In this document: positions 24,183 to 37,189 of the stretch, piece after piece
Position numbering within the stretch: position 1 is the first letter of the stretch
How the letters are laid out: every line of letters begins with the position of its first letter
Assembly: GCF_036321535.1 (NCBI RefSeq)
Contig: NC_087436.1
Span: 106,766,001-106,830,000 of the forward strand
Length of the DNA stretch: 64,000 bases
From: Camelus dromedarius
Taxonomy: Eukaryota
Direction of reading: 5' to 3'
Position numbers and translations under genes: made by a program
Notes under the pieces: model-generated
The model's input: only the letters and a program-made list of their open reading frames with translations
Database searches by the model: none
What the model was told of the DNA's origin: nothing

Positions 24183-24330
24183 TTAATTTTTTAACACCTT
24201 AATTGTGGTATGGTTCCTGTACAGTCAACTGCACATACTTGAGATTTACACTTTGGTGAATTTTGTTAGATGTCTACACCAATGAAACCACTACCGCAAT
24301 CAAGATAGCTAACAATTCCATCACTCCCCA
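24183..24330 (-). mobile_element. L1MB-like 3' terminus
   Basis: AACTGCACATACTTGAGATTTACACTTTGGTGAATTTTG...AAACCACTACCGCAATCAAGATA...TCCATCACTCCCCA. Confidence 0.75.
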
Positions 24331-24339
24331 AGAGGTGCA

Positions 24340-24740
24340 CTTTTCAAATTCCCAATTTTTCCTTTCCCACCTCCTTTACCCCCTTGTAACTATAAGTTTG
24401 TTCTTTATGTCTGTGATTCTGTTTCCATTTTGTAGATAAGTTCATATGTGTCCTTTTTATAGATTTCACATATAAGTGATATTATATGGCATTTTTATTT
24501 CTTTTCCTGGCTTTCTTCACTTAGAATGATGATCTCCAGGTCTGTCCATGTTGCTGCAAATGGCATTATTTTATTCTATTTTATGGCTGAATAGTATTCC
24601 ATTGTATATATGCACCACATCTTCTTTGTCCAGTCATATGTTAATGGACATTTAGATTGTTTCCATGTCTTGACTATTGTATATAGTGCTGCTATGAACA
24701 CTGGGGTGCATGTGTCTATTTACAATAGCCAAGGCATGGA
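24340..24740 (-). mobile_element. Camelid/artiodactyl-type L1 3' fragment with inverted junction piece
   Basis: TAGATTTCACATATAAGTGATATTATATGG...CCATGTTGCTGCAAATGGCATTATTTTATTC...GCTATGAACACTGGGGTGCATGTGTCT. Confidence 0.88.
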
Positions 24741-26479
24741 CTTCTTATTATAAGCAGCCTTTGACTTTTGGTGTATACCCTCACTTTAATTCTCTTGCTA
24801 TTTTGTATTATTTTCCTGCAACAAAATTTAGATTTGTAGTATTATCATTTGGGGCTCTGTGAGTCTTCATTTGCAACAGAGTATGTCTGATTGCTACTGA
24901 TAGTTCAGGGAAGATAAAATTTTAACCCATCAAACTGACAAAAAATAAAAAATTTGGAATAACTAGTATTGATGAGATTTAGAATAACAGGGATTTTCAC
25001 ACACTGCTGGTTGAATTATGCATTAAAACAACAACTTTTGAAAGTAATTTGGTATTACCTGGTAAAATTGAAGGCGAGTATACACTAAGATTCTAAAATG
25101 TTTCTTTATAATAAATACACTTGAGAAGTTCATGCACATGGGCACCAAGAGAGGTGTATAAGAAATTTTATGGCAGTAATTGAACCCAATCCAAATATTT
25201 GTCAATAGGAGACTGAATGTATACATTTTGGTCTTTATTGATATAAGAATAATAATGGACAAAAACCAGTCACATAAGAGTATAGGTTGTGCAACCATTT
25301 ATATAAATTTTCAAAATGTATAAAACCAAGAGTATATATTTAAAGATGTAAACACATTTTAAAACTCTAAAAGCAAACAAGATAATGATACACAGTAATT
25401 CAGGATAGTTACCTTATGGTTACTTTTGCTACTATTCTGATGGAGAGAAAGGGTTTTTCATATGAAAGAGTTTGCTATTGGTTTGTTAATGTCCCATTTC
25501 AGGAATGTTTGATATATTATTCCATACATCTAAAGAAACAGTTTAAAGCTGCAGCTTAAAGTTAAATGCCATCTGTTGACAGTTAAAGTTAAAGATATTA
25601 AGGACCAGAGAAGTAAGTGGCTGACACTGCCATATTGCTTATTATTGACAGAGATGAGTCCAGGCCACCTGAGTTGTTCATATCACTTTCTACCTAGCCA
25701 AGGAACTCATAATGCGGGGTGTAGTAAAAAATATGGTTTGGCATCTTGAACCCATCACAATATACGCAAAAAGTAGAATAAAGCAGGAAGGAGCCATGGA
25801 AGTAACATGTCTAATCAAGAACTGAAGTGTGGAAGAGAGTCTGTACCTTCCCCCTTAGGCCATACAACAGAGCATCCCACTAGAGCATCCTTACTAGACA
25901 AAAGCCCAGCCAGCAGGAAACACTGCAGTGAACTCTGCTAGAGCCTTGATCCAAACACAGGGATATTATTGGAATCCTCTGTAATGTCTCTAAGTAACAT
26001 GAAGAAATGCTTATAATGAGCCACTTGGGAAATTTGGAATATTGCAGTTTGCCTTTTTTTTTTTTTTAATATAATGCTTGATGGCTAAGAATTTTAAAAC
26101 AGTTTTTTTGTCAGTCTATTAGGCTCAATGGTAGAAATATGTTTCTAGTTTTCTTGATATATATTCAAGCTAGGAGAAATGTGATGCCAGTAAAGGTGAG
26201 CCAACCTTCAGGACTAGGGATTATTTATATAGTGTAATGTTTATATTGGAAATAATAGGCTTAAGACATTAGGATTTAGGAAGAAAGTGAAGGAAAATGG
26301 GTGAGATATTTTAAGAAGATATTTGAAGGAGACTAATTAAGGTGAGGTATTCTCACATGTTTTTATGGAGATGGGAAAGGTTTTATAGAGATTTGTTTTG
26401 TCCAAAGATAGAGAAGAATGATAATGACTCTTGTCCATTATAAACACAAAGGGGAGAGATGAGTATTTTATACAATGGT

Positions 26480-26635
26480 ACCCAAATGTGATTCTACGAC
26501 TGGCTATATCAGAATATCCTATTTTTTTAAATGCAGATTCATGAAAACTCTTAGATAGTATCATTTATTTAGGCTGAAGTTGGTGCTCATCAATTTATGT
26601 TAATTAAAAAAAAACTTTCTGGATGATTCTGATGA
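26480..26635. mobile_element. hAT-Charlie MITE (MER5-like)
   Basis: CAGAATATCCT...AAATGCAGATTC...CTGGATGATTCTGATG. Confidence 0.5.
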
Positions 26636-28017
26636 AAAGTTAATCCTGGGAATTACTCTTCTTAGTAATTTTGAGGTTATGAGAATATTCAATCACCAGG
26701 GATGGAATAAGGATGTGGTACCTAAATATCCTGGTATAGAAATGGCATGGCTCCACCCTTGAAAGGAGTAGAAGAGATGATACACTCTCAGATTCTCTGA
26801 GTGAGGATTGTGAGAGTGAGAACCAGCAATTTTCATAAAGAACACTGTTGTTAGTGTCTATATTCTCCCTGACTCTCCTGTTGATTCTTAACATGGATCC
26901 AAAGCCCCCACGGTGCTGGTCAATACCCAAGTTTGGAAGAAAGCAAAAACCACAATTAGTGAAGCCAACTGGTATTTTTCAGCACTTCTAATGATAGATC
27001 ATATTTCTGAAGAGCTGAAAGATTTATAGCACACACCATACACCTGATGCATTCCAGATGAGCGGACTTTGTATGGTCGGAAGTGAGCGGGAAGATGTGC
27101 TGCATTGAATTTTATTGATTTTCCTCTTTGCTTCTGTAGTTTTACGATGTTCCATTTTCTCTTTCTCTTGGTTTGGAAACTGTGGCCTCAGTTATTTATT
27201 TTCTTCCTTCATTTTACATTTAATATATATATGTAACACTGCATCAATTTTCACGGCCACAGGTGAAAGGGCTGGGTGAATTCTCTGGATAAGAATAGAT
27301 GGTCTAGTGATACAGGAGTTAATTATCCTTCTTTTGAGAAACTCCCCCTCAAGTTCCCTTTCATTTTCTCACTTTTTTGAAGTACATTCATAATTTGCTT
27401 TTTAATCTCATCACTTTCTGATTTTTAGCACTGAGATCCATTTTCAGAGATTATATATTGATAGCTCTGAATTATTTCCATTTGTATTCTGTACCAGGCT
27501 CTTGGATTGTGAACAATTTCCTTCCACAACTTCTTGATATAACTCATCTAGAAATAAGACTAAACAGGTGACTTATAATAGAAACAAAGCTTTTGTTTAT
27601 GGAGGCTTGGTAATGGATAAGAATCAACTTTGCTAAGTATTTTCCCCCCTCTGGTCTTTGCTCATTTCACATTGTGGTTTTAATTAGAACAGTATGCATT
27701 TTGTCTTATAAAGCAAATTTCTCTCAAAGTTTTGGATATGCCAACCAATTATATATTGAAGTCATGTTTGGGCTCATGGCCCACGGCACAAAGTTCAACC
27801 TCTAATTTTGCTAGTTCTTTTTAATATCTACTGAATTAATATGCTCGATTAGAGAATGACACTATATGGGTCATCACTAGCTCCAAGGCTAGAATCAAAG
27901 TGTGCATCACTCTCCTTGTTAAAAAAGGATTTGAACACGTGAAGAAGAGGCCAGAAGAAGTTCTTCTTGTTCACTGTTAATCATGTGAGCTGCTGTCAAA
28001 AGGGCTCATTGTGATAT

Positions 28018-28568
28018 CAATATTCCCAGATTTCAGACATTGCCATAACAGCATCATAGTTTTTTCTTGTCACATAAAACCTATACAATTATAATTAGTT
28101 TGAGACATAAATTGATGTTTTTCTAGGCCCAAAATGGCTGAATACTGAAAATTTCATATAATTCAATCTAATAGTTAATATATTCTACTCAATTAGTTTT
28201 AACCCAACACACTATCTTTAAAAGTGAAAAAAAAAATCACTGCCACAGAAGGAAAACTTGTACTGCTTGTGATAAATAAAAAGTAACATTACAAACACTT
28301 GCAATAGAAACAAAACAAGGAAGGGCAATGCCATTAAATTCCAGCTAGATACTGCAGCCTGCCAAATGCTCAGAGCTGAGAGTCTGCACTTTCTTTGTTG
28401 TTTCTTTGTTAAGGTGCCTTAAAACTAACAAAAATTAAACCAAGGTTTTCTCTTGAGATCATCAGTATTAAAAGAAAAATTTTAAAGGGAATAACTCTTT
28501 CAGTCTGTGATTTAAAATTATTTAATTTCTTACTCTGGAACCACATGTCCTATATTTTGAAAAATATG
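28018..28568 (+). mobile_element. hAT-Charlie element (MER113-like)
   Basis: TTAAATTCCAGCTAGATACTGCAGCCTGCCAAATGCTCAGAGCTGAG...AAAGGGAATAACT...TTATTTAAT; degenerate termini CAATATTCCCAGATTTCAG and TTTTGAAAAATATG. Confidence 0.7.
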
Positions 28569-29971
28569 TTAGATCATTTATTTTGCCCAGTTTTCCCTTT
28601 TGTGTTCAGAGGGCACTTCTAAGCATCCAATAAATGGCACAGTTATTCATGTGCTAATATTGAGGGCTAGATTAATTTCATAAATTATGTCAAATGAAGC
28701 AGATGATATCTTGCAGAGAGTCTGCAACTCTCTTAACATCATTTATCATAGCATATAGTTTAATTTAATATAATTTTTATTTATATTCTGTTTCTCTCCT
28801 CTAACATCTGTGAATTCAGAATCTATTCTCCTCCCTGGTTCAGTGCTGAGATGTAATTTAGGTAGAAGCAGACCACTGAGTCAATGAGTACAACAAAATA
28901 TGTGGGAAAGTAATATTTGTAAAGGAAAAATTTAGTCTAATCCATTATCATTTCTATAGCAATCAGCTTCTAAACTATAAAACTGGTATACAACACCTTG
29001 AGGTGAACACACTCATTGCTCACTTAACTCCTCATTTAATTTACTGACTTCTGGAAATGGGATATTTTGATTCCCGGAGCTATATTTGGATGTGTTAGTG
29101 AGGATGAGAAGCCACAGGATGAAATGGAAACATCTTTTTAGCCACTGATGTTACCATATAAAGAAAATTTAAAACAAATAGTTAGATGGATAGAAATAAA
29201 CATATATAGATATACATATACATATATGGAAGAATAGATATTATTTGCAAACAGTAAACAATTGCATTAATTTGAAAATAAAATGAAATTTTGCACAAAA
29301 GTTTTAAGCATTCTCTATCCACAAATAAGGGAATATTGTACTGAATCAACTCCTGATGATAAAAAACAAACAAAGAAACAAAAGGACAAATTGTGTGTGT
29401 AAAATATGACTCTGAAATTTCAATCAAGCTTATCAAAGCAGTGAGAATTTTCAGGATGAAGATTTTGAAAATAAGGCAAGTCCAGAGAGGTGAACCCAGG
29501 TTTTGGAATATTTTTCTCCTTGACTTATCCTCAATTCTGAAAGCCAGAATGATAGCTGAAGGCTAAGAAGGCTGCCTAAATCCTGGCAATAATATCAAAC
29601 AGAGATAGACTAAGCCAGATCTCTTAACAGTTCAATTACTTATCCAGTTAAGGTGATTTGCTTTTAATATCATTGGTAGGGAGAAGGAAATGTAAATCTC
29701 ATCAGGAGGAATGTAATGTTATCTATTACATCACATCATTTTTACTGTAATTTTTATGCAATACTGATAATTAAGTGTAAAATGGTATATTGAAAGATGA
29801 TAATCAACTGAAAATTGAAGAGAATAAAGTGAGAATTAGAAATAGATCCATGGGAGATGCACAAATTGAAATTATTAGACACAGACTTAAAAATATCTAT
29901 GATTCGTAGCTTCAAGTAAATACATGACAAGGTAAAGATCTATGTAAGGAAAAAATAACAGTATAATTAAG

Positions 29972-30146
29972 GAAAACAACAAAGTCCTCCTGTTTAGCAC
30001 AGGGAACTGTATTCAATATTTTATAATAATCTATAATGATACAAAATAAGAAAAATAAAATATATTTACAACTAAATCAATATGCTGTACACCAGAAACT
30101 AACAAAACATTGTAAATCAACTATATTTCAATAAACGTTTTTAAAA
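29972..30146 (+). mobile_element. Short artiodactyl-type L1 3' end
   Basis: TAGCACAGGGAACTGTATTCAATAT...GCTGTACACCAGAAACTAACAAAACATTGTAAATCAACTATATTTCAATAAA. Confidence 0.85.
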
Positions 30147-30512
30147 GCTATAGTTAAGAATAAAATAAAAATTGTAGAACTGAAAACAGAATAATTAAGA
30201 TTAAGAACTCAGTGGATGCTTTGAGAAAATTAAAGAAAGCTGAGGAGAAAATTAATAAACTGGAAAACATGTCCGAAGAAAATATACAAACTGAAGTGTG
30301 AAGAGAGAAATGGATGAAAGATAAAGAAAATATGTTAGAGGCAAGTGTGATACAGTGAAAAAAACCTAACATATATGTAATGAATATCAAAAGGAAATTA
30401 GGAAGAGGTTAAAGTAGAAGCAGTATTTGATGACATATGGCCAAAAATCTTACAAAAAGTATTACCTATATATGGTAGAAGAATTATAGGATGAATGCAA
30501 GAAACCTAAAGC

Positions 30513-30533
30513 CACACACACACACACACACAC
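30513..30533. repeat. (CA)n microsatellite
   Basis: Directly visible. Confidence 0.9.
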
Positions 30534-30980
30534 TCAGGCCTATTATAGTAAAATTGTTGAAAACCAAAATAAAAATCTTAAAAGAATCAGAGGAAAAAAA
30601 GAGGATAACTGTAGACATAAAATTCAATATTCAGAAGTTGATATTCTTTTAAAAATAAGATTTTTTCAGTCAAACAAATAATTGGCTGTCATCATCATCC
30701 AGGGAAATATTAAAAGCCAGTCAGAAAGAAAATTATCCCAGAATAAACAAAAGTAAATAAAATGGCTATAAATGTTTGTAAATATAAATGGACACTGACT
30801 ATTTAAAACAATAACAATAAATATTTTGGCTTATACACATTGAATGAAAATATATGAGAACATTAGCCCATAAATGAGAAAGGGGAGAAATGGAGTTAAA
30901 ATATTTTAAAGCATTTGTATTATCCTGAAAGTGGTAAAAGTATGAATTTTTATTAAACTGTATTAATACAAGAATTCATG

Positions 30981-31660
30981 CATGGAGATTCCTCAAAAGA
31001 CTAGGAATAGACTTATCGTATGACCCAGGAATCCCGCTCCTGGGCATATATCCAGAAGGAACCCTACTTCAAAAGGACAGCTGGACTCCAATGTTCATAG
31101 CAGCACTATTTACAATAGCCAAGACATGGAAACAGCCTAAATGTCCATCAACAGATTACTGGATGAAGAAGATGTGGTATATTTATACAATGGAATACAA
31201 TTCAGCTATAAAAAATGACAACATAATGCCATTTGCAGCAACATGGATGTCCCTGGAGAATGTCATTTTAAGTGAAGTAAGCCAGAAAAAGAAAGAAAAA
31301 TACCATATGAGATCACTCATATATGGAGTCTAAAGAAAAATGAACATAAATACAAAACAGAAATAGACTCATAGACAGAATTCAAACTAGTGGTGCCAAG
31401 GGGGTGGAGGGTGGGAAGGGACAGACTGAGATTTCAAAATTTATAGATACTGACAGCCATATGCAGAATAGATAAACAAGATTATACTGTATAGCACAGG
31501 GAAATATATACAAGATCTTGTGGTATCTCACAGTAAAAAAAAAATGTGACAATGAATATATGTATTTTCATGTATAACTGAAAAATTGTGCTCTACACTG
31601 GAATTTGACACAACATTGTAAAATGACTATAACTCAATAAAAAAAAGTTAAAAAAATAAT
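30981..31660 (+). mobile_element. Young 5'-truncated camelid-type L1 (ORF2 C-terminus, 3'UTR, A-tail)
   Basis: Open ORF2 end, G-rich GGGGTGGAGGGTGGGAAGGG 3'UTR tract, CAATAAAAAAAAG tail. Confidence 0.93.
30983..31333 (+). pseudogene. L1 ORF2p C-terminal remnant (open frame, no start, non-functional)
   Basis: Translates WRFLKRLGIDLSYDPGIPLLGIYP...PMFIAALFTIAKTWKQPKCPSTDYWMKKMWYIYTMEY...SEVSQ...YHMRSLIYGV*, the L1 ORF2p C-terminus. Confidence 0.92.
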
Positions 31661-31757
31661 TTCCAGAAAAAACTAAAATAATAGCAAAATTATAAAGATA
31701 TACATGTATATATATACATATATATTTTTGTATCTTTACATATAGTGTATATATATA

Positions 31758-31820
31758 TACACTGGAAATTGATACAACATTGTAAACTGACTCTAACTCA
31801 ATAAAATAAAATTTTAAAAA
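31758..31820 (+). mobile_element. Very short L1 3' terminus
   Basis: TACACTGGAAATTGATACAACATTGTAAACTGACTCTAACTCAATAAAATAAAA repeats the 3' end of the upstream L1. Confidence 0.75.
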
Positions 31821-32959
31821 GTATATATCATAATATATGTAATATAATATTTATTTTATATAATGTACAATATAATATTATATATAAAACATAACCTTTC
31901 ATTTATATATATCATATGTATATATATAAAACCTCCAGTTAATTGGGCAATAGAATAATAAAAATATTCCCAAAAAGAGGAGAGACAAAGAAAGAGAATG
32001 AGAGATTGAAAAAGAGATCAGAATCAGTACCAACAAAAAACTCCCAAATACTAAGATGGTAGATTTAAACCAAATTTATCTATACTTAGATAAAATATGA
32101 AAAGACTAATACTGCAAAGAAATATAAGAATTTTTAGACTGAATAATAAAATAAAACTCAATTATATGATGATTAAAGGAGACATGCCTGAATCTAGCAG
32201 TTCTGAATGGTTGAAAGTAAAAAGAATGAAAAATGCATACCATCTAAACACCATACTAATATATGAGAAAGAAGGGTTGGACATAAAAACATACATGGTA
32301 AAGACAAAGGGACATTTTATGAAACCATGGGCAAATAATCCAAAAGATATAATAATTCTAAAATTGTATGCTCCAGTAAACTGCTTTAGAAAATAAAGTA
32401 AAAAAGTTACAGCACTAAGAGGAAATATACAAATCTACATCAGAGAGAGCATTTTAACATACCTCCTCTTATTAACTGAGAATAGGTACACAAAATATAT
32501 CAGCAAATATATAGAAATAAACTTGGCTTAACTGACAAACATAGAATATGAAGCTCAGAATTTTAGAATATACTTTAATTTCAAGTGCACACAGAACATT
32601 TACCAAAATTTACTGTATGCTGGGGCATATAATACTTACTATATGCTAGGCCATATGACAAATATTAAAGAATTGAAAACTTAAAGAGCTATTCTCTGAC
32701 CAAAGTGGAATTAAGCTAGAAAATAATAACAAAAATATAATTATTAAATTCTGACATATTTAGAAAATTAAAAAATAGATTATAGTGATTACTATTTTAG
32801 ATAGACTAATAATTTAATTTTATCAATAATAATGCTAGCATTTATTGAGTGCTTACTATGATCCAGACACTGTTTTAACTTTAGAAAATATATTTGATAT
32901 CTATTAGTAAAATTAACCATTTTGGGGAGAAAAACAATGAGACAGTCATTACAAATAAT

Positions 32960-33200
32960 AATAGTTCATAATTATTAGCATTTAGCATTGCCTGGCATTG
33001 TATCAAGAAATATTTTCACAAGCACTGGATCATCTAATTGTTTAAAAATATATATGATAGGAACATTATCACCTAGAGTTTTCAAATGAGAAATCCAAGG
33101 TATAGATTAATAATTATTTGCTTAGACTAATGCGGCCTGCGAGTGGCAAGACCTGTACCAGAACACAGGCTGCACAATTGTAGATTTCACCTTCATGCAT
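32960..33200 (-). mobile_element. MIR SINE
   Basis: TGCCTGGCATTG...ATTATCACC...TTTTCAAATGAGAAATCCAAGG. Confidence 0.55.
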
Positions 33201-36200
33201 CTGCTATTATTGCATACCGGAAAATTGCTTGGTAAAATTTAAAATTTACTTCTGATTTTTAAAAATAAAAAATCCATTTAAAATAAAATGTAAAAATACT
33301 AAGCAGTATATAAATAGTTTATTGTAAACTAAAGTGAGTACTATGTTCAGAGGCAAATCCGTAGAAATAGTCACATTGAATTTGATATAGGGAAATTTTG
33401 TTATGATCCTGTCCCTCTATACACACCACAATGTTGAACATTTTGCTAGGAGTGCTTTCCACTGTAATTAAGCTCAAACATAAAATTTGTTATAAATACT
33501 AAACATTTAGGCAAAATATCATTGTTTGTAGACATGATTTTATACCTCTAAAACAAAAGGAAATCAACTGAACAATTATTTAAATTAATAAGCATATTCA
33601 TAATGTGAACAATTATAAGATATCAGAATGAACAAGAGCATTCAACATCAACATTAACCAGGTAAAAATATATTGATGATAAATATACTATTCAAATAGT
33701 GACAGAAAAGATAAACACCTGGAAATAAATATAATAAGATATACATGGTGCCCTTATGAGGGTATCGACAAAAAAAATCAACAAAGGACATGAAGAAGAT
33801 GATTAAATGAAGAAATATGTAGTTCTGTATTAACTTATATATTTAATGCCAATCAAAAACTTAGTAGAATTTTTTTTCTTATTGGGAAAATTACGTGTAA
33901 ACTTCACCTGGAAAAGAAAACATACACAACTACCTAAAACAAAGACTGAAAAAAAGAATGGTAAAAGAAGGCTTTCTTTACCAGATATTGAAATAGAAGA
34001 TAAAGTTGCAATAATTGGGTATTTCCCAATTGCAAGGATAAGCAATATATTATTAATCATGAAATCCCAATATATTAGAACTATCAGAAAAAGACAAATA
34101 CGTATATTAATTTAAAGTATAATCAATGTGAAAATAACAATAAATTATATTAAATAACTGATCCTTTGGAATAAAGTTCATTCCTAACTCACACCTTATA
34201 TCAGAATGAAACCTTTCTGTGTATCAGTAAGAAAAACTTAAATGTAAAGTATACACCACAACCGTGCTTTTTGTATTTAAAAGGACTGTAATTTTGGCAT
34301 GTGAAGTATAACAGTAAAGGCAGAAATAATAATTCAAATTAAAATAAAGGGCAAAAAAAATCATTCAAACTGATCACAAAAATTAGACATTTCTTTTTGG
34401 AAATTCTATTTGAAATGAAGTCAAAATCCAAAAGTATGTTTGCATTTTTTTAAATTGTCCTTAATTAAACAGAGTTAATTTTTTGTTATAAAAATATATA
34501 CCCATACTGAAAAATTAAATATCCCTGCAACAGAGGTCTGTAGTAATAAGAAAGGCTAAAGCTTTGCATGTGCTGGCCTCAGGGTATGGAAGAACGCTGA
34601 AAGGGCAGAAGTTGGACTTCTGCTTGTGTTGGAGACTACAGCAAATCACCTTGCTTAAAATTGGTGGCCTGGAGTTTGCATTCCCATTCAAGAATTTAAA
34701 CTAAAAAATTAGTGGGACTGTGAGTCTCAGCTTTCACTATATAAGCACCCTGTCTGGAGCAGAAGCAGACAGCCCAGAAACCAAGACCTTGGTCAAGTTG
34801 CCTGCTGTCTCAGTAACTGGGTAGCACCATGGGACAGAATCTTGGAGACATGGATATGACACCTCACGTTTGACTGGAGCTGTAGGAATACGAGTAAATG
34901 AGCCTTTGGAACTGCCATCAAGAGAAGGCTCAGTAGAGACAGAAGAGTAATATATGTAAGTTTAGAAAATCAAAAGTTTCTGAAGAATTTTGTTTGAAGC
35001 TAGAAAAATGTCAAGAATTAAAATCACTTCTAAAAATAAAAATAAAGAGTAGTCTTAAAGTGCTATAAATACAAGGTGAGATCCTCAAAGAAATTAAAAA
35101 AAATCTCTAAAGAAAAAAAATACAGTAAAGCTGCCACAAACAAATTGTGAACAGGTATACATAAAAATATAACAATGGAAATATGGTCATTGAAATTTTA
35201 AAAATCTCAATATACTCCATCAATTCTAGTGTGACACTGTTAAAGAGAAAGTTAATGAAATAAAATGTGATTGAAATGAAGTACTGAAGAATTCATCTAA
35301 AATCTAAATCAGAAAGATAAAGAAATGAAAATGTGAATGAGCAGTTTAAAGATCTGGAAGACAAAACAATGAAATTGACTTATAATTTAAAAATTACCTA
35401 CTCAAGTTACCAAGTTCAGATTTTATCATACGGTGTTCATACTGAAAATTTAAGTAAAAGATAATCCTTTTCTTAAATAAAATATTTCAGAGATGAGGCT
35501 AGAAGGAAAATGTTTTATAAGCTGATATAATCCAGAGATACCAAAATCAGGCAAGAACAGTTAATGGAAATATGTATAGAGAGACCAACTACACACAAAT
35601 ATAGCTTCAATAATCCTTCATACACTGGTAATAAATTGCATTCAGAAATGTATACAACTTATTAAACACAGCTGTATAGGAGTAAACTTCCTTTACCCAA
35701 TGAAGAGTATTTCTAAAAAGAATATAATAATATCATAATTCATGCTTACTAAACTCAGGCATAAGACAAAAATATTTTTTTAATCATTACTATTCAACAT
35801 TGTACTGAGCTTCTAGGCAATGTAGTTAGGGAAAAAATAGTATAATGGCTGATATGAAACAATACTACACAATATTACACAAGATATGATTTAAATCATA
35901 CAAAATCTAAGATTTCAAACTATCATAATTATTAATTATTTTAATATATTCCTTGGATTTAGAAGTACATGATCAAATTATCTGCAAATTGTAATCGTTT
36001 TATTCACATTCTAGCATTTCTATACTTCTAGTTTATTTTTCTTCTCTAATAGAGTTGGCTAAAACCTCAAGAACAATGCTATGTAATAGAGGTATAAGGG
36101 AACACCCATGTCTTCTAACATTAAGGCAAGTACTTCTAACATTTCTTAAATATGATGCTGTCCTTCGGGCTAAAGGTGGTAAGTTTGCATTACATTATGG

Positions 36201-36702
36201 TAACCTTATTACCATATTCAACAGCCTGTTTTTAGTCTTCCTTATTAGTCTCAATTTTCCCCACAATGTTGGATATGTTTTGCCGCCTACTTTTTTGTAT
36301 TTATTGGGGCCTCAGGGACCCAAAGAATCATAGCCCACTTCCTCACCCAGATTTTAAGAATAAAAAATCAGAAAGGAATTCCTGGTTGATATAAAAATAG
36401 TATTTTAATTATTGATAGAGGTTAACTGTGAGAGCCAAATGGTCCTGTTCAATGAGCTACTGAAATCAGACTCACCCATGCAGCCACAGGCCATCGTGGA
36501 TGAGGCAGGCCACCCAAGTGCACAGATAAGACTCACACATGGACAACCAGCGAGGAGCTTGTGCAGGCACAGTCGCAAGAAGAAAAATAGAAGAGCTAAG
36601 CCTGAAAATTTCTGTTTTAACTTCCTAAATACACAAATCAAGCAATATACAATTTCTTCTCCCAGAAAGGGAAAAAAGAGGCCACAGAAAGGGAAAAACT
36701 AC

Positions 36703-37189
36703 TGTATTACTTTTCATTGCTAATGTTGCAAATCACCCACATACTTAGTAGCTTAAACAACATAAATTCATCTTACAGTTCTGGAGGTCAGAGGTCTAAA
36801 ATGGATGTCATGGGACTAAAATCAAGGTGTCAGCAGGGCTATATTCCTTCCACAGGCTCCATGGGACAATCTTTTTCTTCTTCTTCATCTTCTAAGAAGC
36901 GAATTGCATTCCTTAACTCATAGTCCCCAGCCAGCAATTGCATCACCCCAACCTTTGCTTCCATCCTCACATCCTTCCCTGACCCTGACACTGACTTTCC
37001 TACCTCCCTGTTTGAGTTGTGATTACACTGGGCTAACCTAAATAACCCAGGATGCTCTTCATCTCGAGATCCTTAACTCAGTCACACCTGAAAAGTCCCT
37101 TTTGCCGGGTAAGGTAACATACTCACAGGTTCTGAGGATTAGTATATAGATACCATTGGGAGAAGGGGAACATTAATATGCTTACCACA
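36703..37189 (-). mobile_element. MaLR solo LTR (MLT1C/D-like)
   Basis: TG..CA termini; CTTAAACAACATAAATTCATCTTACAGTTCTGGAGGTCAGAGGTCTAAAATGG...AAAATCAAGGTGTCAGCAGGGCT...AAGGTAACATACTCACAGGTTCTGAGGATTAG. Confidence 0.9.

Larger units (their letters stand above)
23609..24915 (-). mobile_element. Unassigned insert, probably a hAT-Charlie-type DNA transposon fragment (interrupted by L1 pieces)
   Basis: Splits a contiguous L1ME; left end CAGAGGTCTGGAACT resembles a Charlie terminus; reverse strand near 24110-24185 weakly resembles Charlie transposase N-terminal coding sequence. Confidence 0.4.
23440..25420 (+). mobile_element. L1ME-like ORF2 end/3'UTR split by insert 23609-24915
   Basis: TTAGTCATCAGGGAATTGCAAATT (23568) continues as TTTTAACCCATCAAACTGACAAAAAAT (24920). 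Confidence 0.65.
29270..35930 (+). mobile_element. Cluster of old L1 (L1ME/HAL1-like) ORF1 and ORF2 fragments
   Basis: Very A-rich; ORF1-like GCTGAGGAGAAAATTAATAAACTGGAA (30239); endonuclease remnant DIIILKLYAP in ORF 32097-32396; RT-region remnant LSLPDIE in ORF 33846-34115. Confidence 0.75.

Noticed and set aside
31091..31333. 80-aa ORF as a host gene
   Set aside because: It is the C-terminus of L1 ORF2p in a 5'-truncated insertion.
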